NCBI GenBank assembly: GCA_965541585.1 | Contig: CBEUCH010000002.1 | Location: 224,001 to 288,000, forward strand | From: an uncultured bacterium | GTDB taxonomy: Bacteria > Zixibacteria > MSB-5A5 > UBA10806 | Length of the DNA stretch: 64,000 nt | Direction: 5' to 3' | Part shown: positions 51,687-61,410 of the stretch, piece by piece | Numbering within the stretch: position 1 is the first letter of the stretch | Layout of the letters: the number at the start of each line of letters is the position of its first letter | Notes under the pieces: model-generated | Seen by the model: the letters and a program-made list of their open reading frames with translations, nothing else | Databases searched by the model: none | Told to the model about the DNA's origin: nothing | Made by a program: the position numbers and the translations under genes

Positions 51687-51863
51687 ACTTACCTTTTATT
51701 AATTCGCCGCCTGTGCGATTTGTTCCTCTTTAGTATCCGTCTTGTCCCTATTATTGTGCGGAACTTAAGGTGGTCCCGGCATGCTTATTAACAGGCCGAC
51801 CTTCGCCCCAAACTGGTCCAATCATAACCTCAGAACATGCCCAATATTGTTATGAATAATAAG

Positions 51864-51883
51864 AAAAAAGCCCCTCCAGAGGC
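51864..51883 (-). terminator. Weak terminator following the distal tRNA 3'-half copy
   Basis: Minus strand GCCTC-tgga-GGGGC-TTTTTT. Confidence 0.45.
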
Positions 51884-51906
51884 AGAAATGTCTTCAGAGT
51901 TATTAG

Positions 51907-51949
51907 TGGTAGGGACGGGTTTGAACCGCCGACCTTCGGATTATGAGCC
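51907..51949 (-). repeat. Diverged tRNA-fMet 3'-half copy (att-type direct repeat, distal)
   Basis: Minus strand GGCTCATAATCCGAAGGTCGGCGGTTCAAACCCGTCCCTACCA: anticodon loop, pairing T-arm and ACCA, with a shortened acceptor strand. Confidence 0.8.
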
Positions 51950-52100
51950 TGTTCAACAGTCCAAACAACAGAAAGCACCAGACACTAACCTGCAGTAATA
52001 GCAACTACTTACGGGAAACACAATGTCTGGTGCTTTCTCTCATTATCTGTTGTTTTTACTAATTCTGTTAGAAAAATGTTAGAAAGGGGTGTATGTCAAA
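51950..52100. repeat. Conserved 151-bp att-like arm, copy 1
   Basis: Colinear with 53112-53262. Inverted repeat AGAAAGCACCAGACA/TGTCTGGTGCTTTCT, IHF-like TAGCAACTACTTA, direct repeat TGTTAGAAAAA-TGTTAG, ending GGTGT-ATGTCAAA. Confidence 0.85.
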
Positions 52101-52504
52101 GTCTTCTTAGTGTTGATCATAAAAGGCGTCTTGACTGAATCGCATGCAGTATGTTCCTCAATTCCAGCTGGAACCAGCGGGCCGATTGTTCCCGTTTCGT
52201 CGTTTCTTTCATCTTAATTTGGCAAAAGCTCTCTGTTGAGGTTTCATTGGGCGAAATTGCCTGGCCTAAAGTAAACCGACCGTGACGTTTGTTATTGACA
52301 TAATCTACCATTTAAAGTAGATTAAAAAGGTCCAAAACCTCCAGGTTGTGCTCAAGATCTGTTTTGTCAGTCGCAATTCCCAGCAATCAGTGGCTGCAGC
52401 GAATCTTGAAAGCGGCCATTCAGTGACTCTTGTATCAGCGTCGGCTGATTCTTTAAGCGGCCAAGGGTCACAAAGCGAACCTTACAGATCAAAGAGAGAT
52501 CAAG

Positions 52505-52996
52505 TTGGAAAAACCACCAGGCAGCGACGAAATCATAGAATCGTTACCATTTCAGGATGAGATCCTCAATAACCACTGCTATGGCTGCGGGTCGTCTAAT
52601 CAACAAGGGTTAAGAATCAAGAGCTTTTGGGACGGGGAGGATTCAGTTTGCAATTTCGAGCCCAGGCCGTATCACATGGCCGGCCCCCGGCATATTCTCA
52701 ATGGGGGTGTAATCGCTACTGTTATTGACTGCCATTGTATTTGCACGGCTATCGCCGATGCCTACCGGCGGGCGGGCCGTCCGTTTGATTCGAATAACTC
52801 CATTTGGTATGCCACCGGTTTGCTGGATGTCAAATACCTGCGACCGGCATCTATCGAACATCAGCTGGTCCTGCGAGCGAAAATTATTGAAGTGACCGAT
52901 AAGAAAACTGTCCTCAATTGCATGGCTTTTTCCGGCGATGAAAAGTGCGCTCAGGCCGAGGTGGTAGCGGTGCGCGTACCCGATGACTGGCGATAA
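52505..52996 (+). CDS. PaaI/hot-dog fold thioesterase
   Basis: HCYGCG..N..GL, LNGGVIATVIDCH, YATG.L.VKYLRP. Confidence 0.88.
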   Translation: MEKPPGSDEIIESLPFQDEILNNHCYGCGSSNQQGLRIKSFWDGEDSVCNFEPRPYHMAGPRHILNGGVIATVIDCHCICTAIADAYRRAGRPFDSNNSIWYATGLLDVKYLRPASIEHQLVLRAKIIEVTDKKTVLNCMAFSGDEKCAQAEVVAVRVPDDWR

Positions 52997-53033
52997 CACA
53001 AGTGGCCCACTGCTTGCGGTGGGTTACTCTCGT

Positions 53034-53057
53034 AAAAAAACCGGCTTTTGCCGGTTT
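53034..53057 (-). terminator. Terminator following the middle tRNA 3'-half copy (possibly bidirectional)
   Basis: Minus strand AAACCGGC-aaaa-GCCGG-TTTTTTT. Confidence 0.7.
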
Positions 53058-53065
53058 CTAAGTTT

Positions 53066-53111
53066 TGGTGGGGGGGAGGGATTTGAACCCTCGACCTCCG
53101 GGTTATGAGCC
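53066..53111 (-). repeat. tRNA-fMet 3'-half copy (att-type direct repeat)
   Basis: Identical to 54101-54147 except for one deleted base in the acceptor strand. Confidence 0.92.
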
Positions 53112-53262
53112 TGTTCAATAGTCCAAACAGTAGAAAACGCCAGGCGCTAATAGACAATAATAACAACAACTTAGCTTGAGCCTTTTGTCTGGTGCTTTTC
53201 CTTAATATCTTTTGTTCTTGCTCGTTTTGTTAGAAAAATGTTAGTAAGAGGTGTATGTCAAA
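53112..53262. repeat. Conserved 151-bp att-like arm, copy 2
   Basis: Same length and landmarks as 51950-52100 (TGTTCAAyAGTCCAAACA..., TGTCTGGTGCTTT, TGTTAGAAAAATGTTAG, GGTGTATGTCAAA). Confidence 0.85.
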
Positions 53263-53686
53263 AACGACCGAGCAACTGCGGCTAAGATTTTACTCCCCGC
53301 CTATCCAGATTGTCTGCGGCCGTAATATAAAACAGTGGTGGACAACATCGGTCCATGCATTATACTTAATGCCATTGTCAGTTTGTATTTAAGCTGAACC
53401 GAAAACTTGAAGGACTTCCTAACAACTCAAATTACGGGAGATCTTTCTGAAAGGACTGTTTCTTGTGCCAATGGTACAGATAAAACGTATCTGCGGTGAT
53501 TGAGGGATCGGCGGCAAAGGAATTACTGTGGAAGATGTCAGGGCGATTGCATCCGGGAATTCCTAAGATTGTCATAATCCAAGTGCAAAATAAGGAGTGG
53601 TCCCAACCGACTACCCCTGCAATCGGTGATATCTAATAACAGGCAGATCAAGTAATAACCTTAGATCAAGATTGAGGAGAATTATC

Positions 53687-53962
53687 ATGCCAAAATTCGT
53701 AATCGAGCGAGAGATCCCCGGCGCGGGGAATTTATCAGCCCAGGAACTACGGGGCATCTCACAGAAATCCTGTGGAGTGTTGCAGGAGATGGGAACCCAG
53801 ATCCAATGGGTTCAGAGTTATGTCACCGATGACAAGATTTATTGTGTGTATATCGCTGAAAATGAGGCGATGGTGCGAGAACACGCGCAAAAAGGAGGCT
53901 TCCCAGCAAATCTTGTTACCGAGGTCAAATCAGTTATTGATCCTACTACTTCGGAAGGCTGA
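53687..53962 (+). CDS. DUF4242 family protein
   Basis: GAGGAG RBS; MPKFVIEREIPGAG, IQWVQSYV..DKIYCVY.A, HA..GGFPA. Confidence 0.88.
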   Translation: MPKFVIEREIPGAGNLSAQELRGISQKSCGVLQEMGTQIQWVQSYVTDDKIYCVYIAENEAMVREHAQKGGFPANLVTEVKSVIDPTTSEG

Positions 53963-54056
53963 TAGCCTGCTTTGGGCATTAGATTCCCCGTCAGCTCTTC
54001 CACTTCTTTATGACCTTCGGGCATTAGAAAATCCGGTTTCTGAAGGAAATCCCACC

Positions 54057-54094
54057 AAAAAAGAAACTCCCGAAATTGTTAAACTTCAGGAGTT
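54057..54094 (-). terminator. tRNA terminator
   Basis: Minus strand AACTCCTGAA-loop-TTCGGGAGTT-TCTTTTTT. Confidence 0.72.
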
Positions 54095-54100
54095 AAAATT

Positions 54101-54411
<311 letters not shown>

Positions 54412-54420
54412 TCGATCAGC

Positions 54421-54448
54421 AATATATTCTGCGGGTAACCGATGTCAA
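54421..54448 (-). promoter_or_regulatory. Sigma70 promoter of the tRNA locus
   Basis: Minus strand TTGACA (54448-54443), 16 nt, TATATT (54426-54421). Confidence 0.7.
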
Positions 54449-54565
54449 GGATTAATGGAAATATATAATCGCCTTTTCCCGAATCGCCGATCGAGGTATT
54501 TCTAGTTACCTCGAGAGTTTATGATCCGACCAGCTGCTTCTCCTGCGGCGGGCTCAGTACGGATA

Positions 54566-55303
54566 CTAATTGATTCTATAATCCCCGTCCACACCCACGA
54601 TGAGCGACTCTACCTCGACCTGCTTGCCCGATAACTCAACCGCCTGATTCACAATGTAGAGTATTCCCATGCAACAGGGGACTTCCATGTGGGCGACGAC
54701 TATCTTCGGGATATTGTTATTCTTCAGAATTTCGGCAATTTTGGCAGCGTATGACGAGACGTCGTCGAGCTTGGGGCATCCGATCGCCAGGGATCTGCCT
54801 TTCAAAAGCCTCTGGTGGAAACTGGGATCGGCAAATGGGACGCAGTCTGCGGCCACCAGAAGCTCCTTGCCATCGAAATAAGGAGCCAGCGGAGAAACGA
54901 GATGCAGTTGCACCGGCCATTGAGTTAATTCGGATTGCATGGGACCGGACGGGGTAGCGGATGGTTTTTCCTTTTTGTCGAGAACCATTGTCCTGGAGCC
55001 GGGGCATCCCCCGGAATGAGGGTCGGGGACCGGCTTGGCGGGCTGTTTTTTTGCCAGTTCTGCTTTTCTCATATTCTCCATGGCGGCGGCTTCGTCGAAT
55101 TCCGGGGCTTCACGTTTTATCACGGTCATGGCGCCCAGCGGGCATTCGCCCACACAGGCCCCCATGCCATCGCAATAGTTTTCGGAAACCAGCTTCGCTT
55201 TCCCGTCGACTATTGCCAGCGCACCCTCCGGGCAGGACGGTATGCAAAGGCCGCAGCCGTCGCATTTCTCCTCATCGATTAGAATGATTTCTCTTACCTG
55301 CAT
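54566..55303 (-). CDS. 4Fe-4S dicluster ferredoxin-domain protein (hcp/NO-stress-associated type)
   Basis: CDGCGLCIPSCPEG, CDGMGACVGECP, GCPGS, QWPVQL, AADC, GCPKLD, MEVPCC. GAGG before ATG 55303. Confidence 0.85.
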   Translation of the reverse strand: MQVREIILIDEEKCDGCGLCIPSCPEGALAIVDGKAKLVSENYCDGMGACVGECPLGAMTVIKREAPEFDEAAAMENMRKAELAKKQPAKPVPDPHSGGCPGSRTMVLDKKEKPSATPSGPMQSELTQWPVQLHLVSPLAPYFDGKELLVAADCVPFADPSFHQRLLKGRSLAIGCPKLDDVSSYAAKIAEILKNNNIPKIVVAHMEVPCCMGILYIVNQAVELSGKQVEVESLIVGVDGDYRIN

Positions 55304-55319
55304 ATCAACCTCTCTTTTT

Positions 55320-55679
55320 CTAAAAGAAATATTTCCAGACCAGGTCAATCCGGCCCGACCTTATAAGCTTCAGGCCGGAATAACGCATCACTCTTTTCAC
55401 AAAATCTCTGTATTCGCCCGAAAAGCAGGGCTCCGTGCATTGCTTGCAGCGAGGTTTCGGATCGAAGGGACAGTTAATCCGCTTCACCAATCCGTGAACC
55501 AGGAGGCTGGCGCATTCACGGCAAAGGCGGGTTTCACGAAAGTCGAGCGTTTCGAGAATACCCCGCCGTATGATATCCCCCTTTACAGTATCGGAATGAT
55601 GACCAGAGCAATATATCTGCACCATTCTGGCCAGCATGGCAGCGTCGCCTCTGGTTTTCTTTGCTGTCGTCTCAATCAC
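55320..55679 (-). CDS. YgbA-like (nitrous oxide-stimulated promoter family) protein
   Basis: MV.IYC..HH, LC.EC..L, CP...KP.CK.C..PCF, VMRYSG. Likely start GTG 55679. Confidence 0.85.
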   Translation of the reverse strand: MIETTAKKTRGDAAMLARMVQIYCSGHHSDTVKGDIIRRGILETLDFRETRLCRECASLLVHGLVKRINCPFDPKPRCKQCTEPCFSGEYRDFVKRVMRYSGLKLIRSGRIDLVWKYFF

Positions 55680-55685
55680 GATGGG

Positions 55686-55727
55686 AGAATAAGCTAAAGG
55701 GCGGTATCGGGCATTGACTTTGGTCAA
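55686..55727 (-). promoter_or_regulatory. Class II Crp/Fnr-family promoter (HcpR-like box)
   Basis: TTGAC-tttg-GTCAA at 55714-55727; -10 TATTCT at 55691-55686; box centred at -41.5 from a predicted +1 of 55679. Confidence 0.72.
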
Positions 55728-55901
55728 AGAACACGGTTTTATTTGAAAGGCGCGAAATAGATGAATTTGGCGTCATTGTGTCCGGGGCCGGCCTGCCGGG
55801 CTTTTTTATTGACGGAATTTTATTCCGGATTATCTTGTATTATGTGTGGATTGATTGCATAGAAAGCCGGTGTTTTTGAATTGATGAACAGGGAGAATCC
55901 C

Positions 55902-57533
55902 ATGCCGAAATATTTGACGTATTCCATTTTTGCTATACTTCTCTGTCTGTTGCCGAATAGCATCCGGGCAGGTGATATCGATTACTCAAAACCGTTTCCA
56001 TTGTCGCCTTTGGAATATCCAATCTCGGATGCGCCCTACGTGCCTCCGGTTATCCTCGATGTGGAAAATATCCAGATAAACAGTGACAACACCACTCAGT
56101 TGCAGAACGAGGAGATGGTCTGCATCAACCCCACAAATACGGCCAACGCGGTGGCCGTCTGGCGCGATTTCCGCCTCGGCTACCGTCGGGTAGCGACCGG
56201 ATACACTTTCGATGGCGGTCAAACGTGGTACGATGCCCTGCTGGATGTTCCCTATCGTCCGTGGGTATCCGATCCGGTGCTGACTGTAGACGATGACGGC
56301 AATTATTTCGCCTGCACGTTGGCGTATGAGGGAACGTTTAGCGAGCCGTCCGGGCTCTATGTGCAAAAATCCACAGACGGCGGCGTCAGCTGGTCCGAGC
56401 CGGTTATCGCAATTGATTCGGTCGAAGGAGTGTTTGAGGACAAGCAATGGATAACACTCGATAGAACCAGCGGATCCACCAACGGCAATATTTACATCAG
56501 CTGGACGAGGTTTTTTGATACCCAGATCCTCCTTGTATCCTCCACCGACGGCGGCGAGACCTATTCCGATCCGGTAAATGTATCGGATGAGGAGGGTGTT
56601 CAATGGTCGGTTCCAACAGTTGGCGCCTCGGGAGATCTGTTTATTGCCTGGGTTCAATATTATCCGACCCGCGGGATTCTAATGGATGTTTCCGTCGATC
56701 AGGGAGCAACCTTCGGAAATGACCAGGTGATTGTTGAAACGAACGTCTCGTCGGGTCAAATCAACGGCGGCATCACGGTTTTTTCATATCCAGCCTTGAA
56801 CTCCGATGTGAGTCTTCTCTCACCATATTTGGGAAACCTCTATATCGCCTTTATGGATGAGAACGTTACCGATATGGATATCTTCTTTATGAAATCCGAG
56901 GATAACGGGGCCACCTGGTCGGAGCCGATCAGGATCAACGATGATCCGTTGCACAACGGTGCCGATCAGTTTCATCCCTGGATAACCATTGACGAAAGCG
57001 GCGTCATCCATGCTATTTTCTACGATAGACGTCTGGACCAGAATAATTGGCTTTTCGATCTTTATTACACCAAGTCCGACGATGCCGGTGAGACTTGGTC
57101 TCCCAACGAGCGGATCTCTACTGTTTCCTCCAATCCAAGTGATGCCCGTTTGGCGGGTTTGATAGGGGAGTATATCGGCCTTTCCGCCTGGGAGGGCGAG
57201 GTTCAGATGGTCTGGACCGATACCAGAAACGGCAACCAGGACGTTTTCTCCGCCAGGATTTCCACTACTGTAGTCGGCGCATGTTGCTCGACCGAGGGTG
57301 GCTGCCAGGAAATGACCGAGGAGGATTGCATCGCGGCCGGCCATGAATGGTTGGGCGCCGGAACCGCGTGTCTTGGAGATAACAACGGCAACGAAATCGA
57401 TGATGCCTGTGAAATCCTGGAGATCCCCACGCTCTCCGAATGGGGAATGGTGATTATGGGATTGCTGTTGTTGGCAATTGGAACGGTGGCGGTTGTGAGA
57501 AGAAGGAAAGCATTTCTTGGTAAGGCTGCGTAA
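55902..57533 (+). CDS. Secreted BNR/Asp-box (sialidase-like) beta-propeller with Cys-rich linker and IPTL-CTERM anchor
   Basis: Signal peptide; S/T-x-D-x-G-x-T/S-W/F repeats (TFDGGQTW, STDGGVSW, SEDNGATW, SDDAGETW); IPTLSEWG-TM-RRRK tail. Confidence 0.85.
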   Translation: MPKYLTYSIFAILLCLLPNSIRAGDIDYSKPFPLSPLEYPISDAPYVPPVILDVENIQINSDNTTQLQNEEMVCINPTNTANAVAVWRDFRLGYRRVATGYTFDGGQTWYDALLDVPYRPWVSDPVLTVDDDGNYFACTLAYEGTFSEPSGLYVQKSTDGGVSWSEPVIAIDSVEGVFEDKQWITLDRTSGSTNGNIYISWTRFFDTQILLVSSTDGGETYSDPVNVSDEEGVQWSVPTVGASGDLFIAWVQYYPTRGILMDVSVDQGATFGNDQVIVETNVSSGQINGGITVFSYPALNSDVSLLSPYLGNLYIAFMDENVTDMDIFFMKSEDNGATWSEPIRINDDPLHNGADQFHPWITIDESGVIHAIFYDRRLDQNNWLFDLYYTKSDDAGETWSPNERISTVSSNPSDARLAGLIGEYIGLSAWEGEVQMVWTDTRNGNQDVFSARISTTVVGACCSTEGGCQEMTEEDCIAAGHEWLGAGTACLGDNNGNEIDDACEILEIPTLSEWGMVIMGLLLLAIGTVAVVRRRKAFLGKAA

Positions 57534-57620
57534 GGAGTCAGCCTTTTGGATGAAAACATGCGGAGACTTCTCGACCCCTTTCTTCCCGTCGCTTTCTGAG
57601 CGGCAGTTTGTGGATGTAGC

Positions 57621-60600
57621 CTCGAGAAACGGTCGCGTTAATTACAATCTTGCATCTATACATTTCTTCGAAGATGGACATATATCTCCTTGACTGGTAA
57701 CTCCTGATCGATATATTAAATTAAGGTCTGCGAATGGCTTCGTAGAGGTAGCGCTTCAAACAGGGATAAGGATACCGATTGCCTGATGATGATTTAGGAG
57801 GATCGCATGAAGAGTGTAATTCTAATCGTATTGTTTGCGTTTTCGAGCGCTTTTATTACTGATGGCGCGGAAGCTCAGGATGTACTTGACGGCAATTCCG
57901 GAGTGCAGAAGACATTGACAAGGCAAACATTATATCTGATCGACGCGGATGAACTCAGCCCGTCGGCCCGGCCGTTAATCTCAGGGGAAGATTATGCACT
58001 CATCTGGGAGAGCGACATTCCGCATGAGGCCACAAGTCATTCTGCTATATTGCCTGACAGGCCGGGAGACTATTATCTCATGCGCGTTTTCAACCCGGAT
58101 AATCTACGGCCGGTTGACGGGGAAATCCCGTATGTCCTGATCAATGATAATGCAATATTCAGGACCGACGCCGAGGGCGCGGCCGTCCTTCCGAATTACG
58201 GCTGGGGCCTGACCAGGCTGACGGTGGTGGACGTGGTTCGAAAGCCGTTTTCACCCCCTTCACCTCCCACCGTGACCGAATATGATCCCGATATCGCAGA
58301 GATGATCTCCAATATCACTCCGGAATTATGCGAATTGACGCTTACCGATCTAACGAGCTTTCCGACACGGAATTCATATTCGGACTACTGTCGGGATGCG
58401 GAGCAGTACGTTTATGAGCAGTTCGATGATTTTTCGTTGAACACTTCCTTTCATGATTTTTCTTATCAAGGTTACGATATGAGAAACGTGATCGGGGAAA
58501 TGACCGGCACGACCCAACCGGATTCTGTAATTATAGTCTGCGGCCATCTCGATTGCACCAGCGGTTCCCCCTGGACAGATGCGCCCGGCGCGGAGGATAA
58601 CGGGTCGGGCTCGACTGCTGTAATAGAAGCTGCCAGAGTATTGAGTCAATATCAAACGGATCTCACGATTCGTTTTATAACCTTTTCCGGTGAGGAACAG
58701 GGTCTGATCGGCTCGGACTACTACTCTCAACTTATGGTCGATATCGGTGAAGATATCGGCGGGGTGTTGAATCTCGATATGGTCGCCTACCAGGGCCCTT
58801 ATGCATATGATATGCACGTGTTCTCGGATAACCTGTCCCACTGGCTCGGCGATCTGGCTTTACAGACTTTGGATGATTATACGCCGATCATTGGTTTCGA
58901 AGATTACGCTTACGACCCGCTTTACGGTTCGGATCATTATTATTTTGCCCTGCGAGGCTACCCGGCAATCAAATTCGCCGATGCCTGTTGCGCTCCCGAC
59001 TATTATCCATACTGGCATTCGACAAACGATATAATGGCCCATCTCAATATGGATTTGCTGGCGGATATCACCAGGACGAGCGCAGCCCTGGCCGCAATTC
59101 TTGCACGGGTCGATTTCGATCCCGGAGGCAGTGACTGTGTATATATTCCAGGCGATTGCGACGGCAATGACACCTCCCGGGAGCTTACTGATATTATTGC
59201 CATGATCACCTATTACAGAGGCCAGATTCCAGAATACTCATGCGAGTGCCCGCCGGATCATCTCGAATATTATCCGCACGCCGACGCGGATGGGGACTGT
59301 CTGGCTTTTGAGCTCGAGGACGTGGTTAAGACGATAGCTGCCTATAGAGGCCCCGATCCGCTCTCCAGCTGCGAGGATTGTCCCGGTCAGGGAAGGTTGT
59401 TGTCGGGCGGAGACCGGCCGCTGGTAGTACCGTCCCTGAAGTCAAGGGTCAGAACGGGCAGAAAATAGTAGTAGAATAGAACATCAGATAATGCTTTTCC
59501 TCCCATAGAAGATTGGGGCTGCATATCGGGAGCCCCTTTTCAATTGATACTATCCGGTCGGCTATATCCCATCCCTCGAACTCAGCCGTCCGTGGCAAAA
59601 CCGGAAGCTTTGCCCTGGCGCAGGTTGAAGCCGTCTCCTGCAACAAGAGTGAACGGATATGGCCTCGAGAAACGGTCATGTTAATTGCAATCTTATTTCT
59701 ATTCATTTCTTCAATGATGGACATATATCTCCTTGACTGGTAACTCTTAATCGATATATTAAAATACGGTCTGCGAATGGCTTCGTAGAGGTAACGCTTC
59801 AAACAGGAATAAGAATACCGATTGCCTGATGAAAATTTAGGAGGATCGCATGAAGAGTGTAATTCTAATCGTATTGTTTGCGTTTTCGAGTGCTTTTTTT
59901 GCCGATGACGCGGAAGCTCAGGATGTTCTTGGCGGCAATTCCCGAGAGCAGAAGACATTGACAGCGCAAACATTATATCTGATCGATGCGGATGAGCTCG
60001 GCCTGTCGGCCCGGCCGTTAATCTCAGCGGGAGATTACGCACTTATCTGGGAGAGCGATATCCCGCATGAGGCCACAAGTCATTCGGCTATATTGCCTGA
60101 CCGGCCGGGAGACTATTACCTCATGCGTGTTTTCTCACCGGCTGATCTGAGGCCGGTTGACGGGAAAATTCCGTATGTTCTGATGGATGATAATGCAATA
60201 TTCAGAACCGACGCGGAGGGCGCAGCCACCCTTCCGAATTACGGCTTTGGCCTGACCAGGCTGACGGCGGTGGACGTGGTTCGAGAGCCGTTTTCACCCC
60301 CTTCTCCTCCCACGAAAACCGAATATGATCCCGACATCGCAGAGATGATCGCGAATATCACCCCGGAATTATGTGAATTGACGCTTACCGATCTAACAAG
60401 CTTTCCGACACGTTATTCATATACGGAAGGCTGTCGGAACGCGGAACAGTACGTTTACGAGCAGTTCGATGGTCTTTCGCTGAACACTTCCTTTCATGAT
60501 TTTTCATATGCAGGTTACGATATGAGGAACGTGATCGGGGAAATGACCGGCACGACCCGGCCCGATTCTGTAATCATCGTCTGCGGCCATCTCGATTGCA

Positions 60601-61410
60601 CCAGCGGTTCCCCCTGGTCAAATGCGCCTGGCGCGGAGGATAACGGGTCGGGCTCGGCGGCGGTAATAGAAGCTGCCAGGGTATTGAGTCAATATCAAAC
60701 AGATCTCACGATTCGTTTTATAACCTTTTCCGGTGAGGAACAGGGTCTGATCGGCTCGGACTACTACTCTGAACTTATGGTTAGTATCGGTGAAGATATC
60801 GGCGGGGTGTTGAATCTCGATATGGTCGCTTACCAGGGCCCTTATGCATATGATATGCACGTGTCGTCGGATAACCTCTCCCACTGGCTCGGTGATCTGG
60901 CCTTACAGACCCTCGATGATTATACGCCGATTGTTGGTGTCGACGATTACACTTATAACCCGGCTTACGGTTCCGATCACTATTACTTTGCCCTGCGAGG
61001 CTACCCGGCAATCTTCTTCATCGATGCCTGGAGCGGGCCCGACTGGTATCCATACTATCATTCTACAAACGACGTGATTGCCCATCTCAATATGGATTTG
61101 CTGGCGGATATCACCAGAACCGGCGCAGCCCTGGCCGCAATTCTTGCACGGGTCGATTTCGAAGGCAGTGACTGTGTGTATGTTCCCGGGGACTGCGACG
61201 GCAACGACACCTCCAGGGAGCTTACGGATATTATTGCCATGATCACCTATTACAGAGGCCAGATTCCCGAATACTCATGTGAGTGCCCGCCGGATCATCC
61301 CGAATACTATCCTCGCGCCGATGCGGACGGGGACTGTCTGGCTTTTGAGCTTGAAGACGTGGTTAAAACGATAGCTGCCTACAGAGGCCCCGAACCGCTC
61401 TCCGGCTGCC
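57621..61410 (+). repeat. ~2-kb tandem duplication (promoter, 5'UTR and M28 gene)
   Basis: 57621-57806 is similar to 59663-59849, including TTGACT-16-TATATT and TTTAGGAGGATCGC-ATG; the coding regions are colinear. End point approximate. Confidence 0.88.
57807..59468 (+). CDS. Secreted M28 metallopeptidase with dockerin-like C-terminus (copy 1)
   Basis: GHLD, GAEDNGSG, GEEQGL, NLDM, SDH, YWHSTND; paired GDCDGN/ADADGD repeats. Confidence 0.9.
   Translation: MKSVILIVLFAFSSAFITDGAEAQDVLDGNSGVQKTLTRQTLYLIDADELSPSARPLISGEDYALIWESDIPHEATSHSAILPDRPGDYYLMRVFNPDNLRPVDGEIPYVLINDNAIFRTDAEGAAVLPNYGWGLTRLTVVDVVRKPFSPPSPPTVTEYDPDIAEMISNITPELCELTLTDLTSFPTRNSYSDYCRDAEQYVYEQFDDFSLNTSFHDFSYQGYDMRNVIGEMTGTTQPDSVIIVCGHLDCTSGSPWTDAPGAEDNGSGSTAVIEAARVLSQYQTDLTIRFITFSGEEQGLIGSDYYSQLMVDIGEDIGGVLNLDMVAYQGPYAYDMHVFSDNLSHWLGDLALQTLDDYTPIIGFEDYAYDPLYGSDHYYFALRGYPAIKFADACCAPDYYPYWHSTNDIMAHLNMDLLADITRTSAALAAILARVDFDPGGSDCVYIPGDCDGNDTSRELTDIIAMITYYRGQIPEYSCECPPDHLEYYPHADADGDCLAFELEDVVKTIAAYRGPDPLSSCEDCPGQGRLLSGGDRPLVVPSLKSRVRTGRK

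Larger units (their letters stand above)
51950..53065. mobile_element. Non-autonomous tRNA-fMet-integrated mini-element/cassette A (thioesterase)
   Basis: Bounded by tRNA 3'-half repeats (51907-51949, 53066-53111); carries an att-like arm, one gene and a terminator; no integrase. Confidence 0.65.
53112..54100. mobile_element. Non-autonomous tRNA-fMet-integrated mini-element/cassette B (DUF4242)
   Basis: Lies between the intact tRNA and its 3'-half duplicate; arm, one gene and a terminator; no integrase. Confidence 0.7.

Noticed and set aside
51768..51810. Possible further decayed tRNA 3' half (TGGTCCCGGC...GCCGACCTTCG)
   Set aside because: The match is too short, with no T-loop and no adjacent arm, so msrAB cannot be called a third cassette.
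51907..53111. Two additional tRNA-Met genes
   Set aside because: Only the anticodon-to-CCA halves are present, with no D-arm or 5' acceptor strand.
57725..57800. Fluoride-riboswitch-like 5'UTR of the M28 genes (GCGAATGG..TTCG, CTGATGA)
   Set aside because: No pseudoknot complement after CTGATGA; the similarity between copies is explained by the duplication.
59449..60042. 197-aa minus-strand ORF between the M28 genes
   Set aside because: It spans the duplicated promoter and the start of copy 2; the equivalent region of copy 1 has no such ORF in the track.
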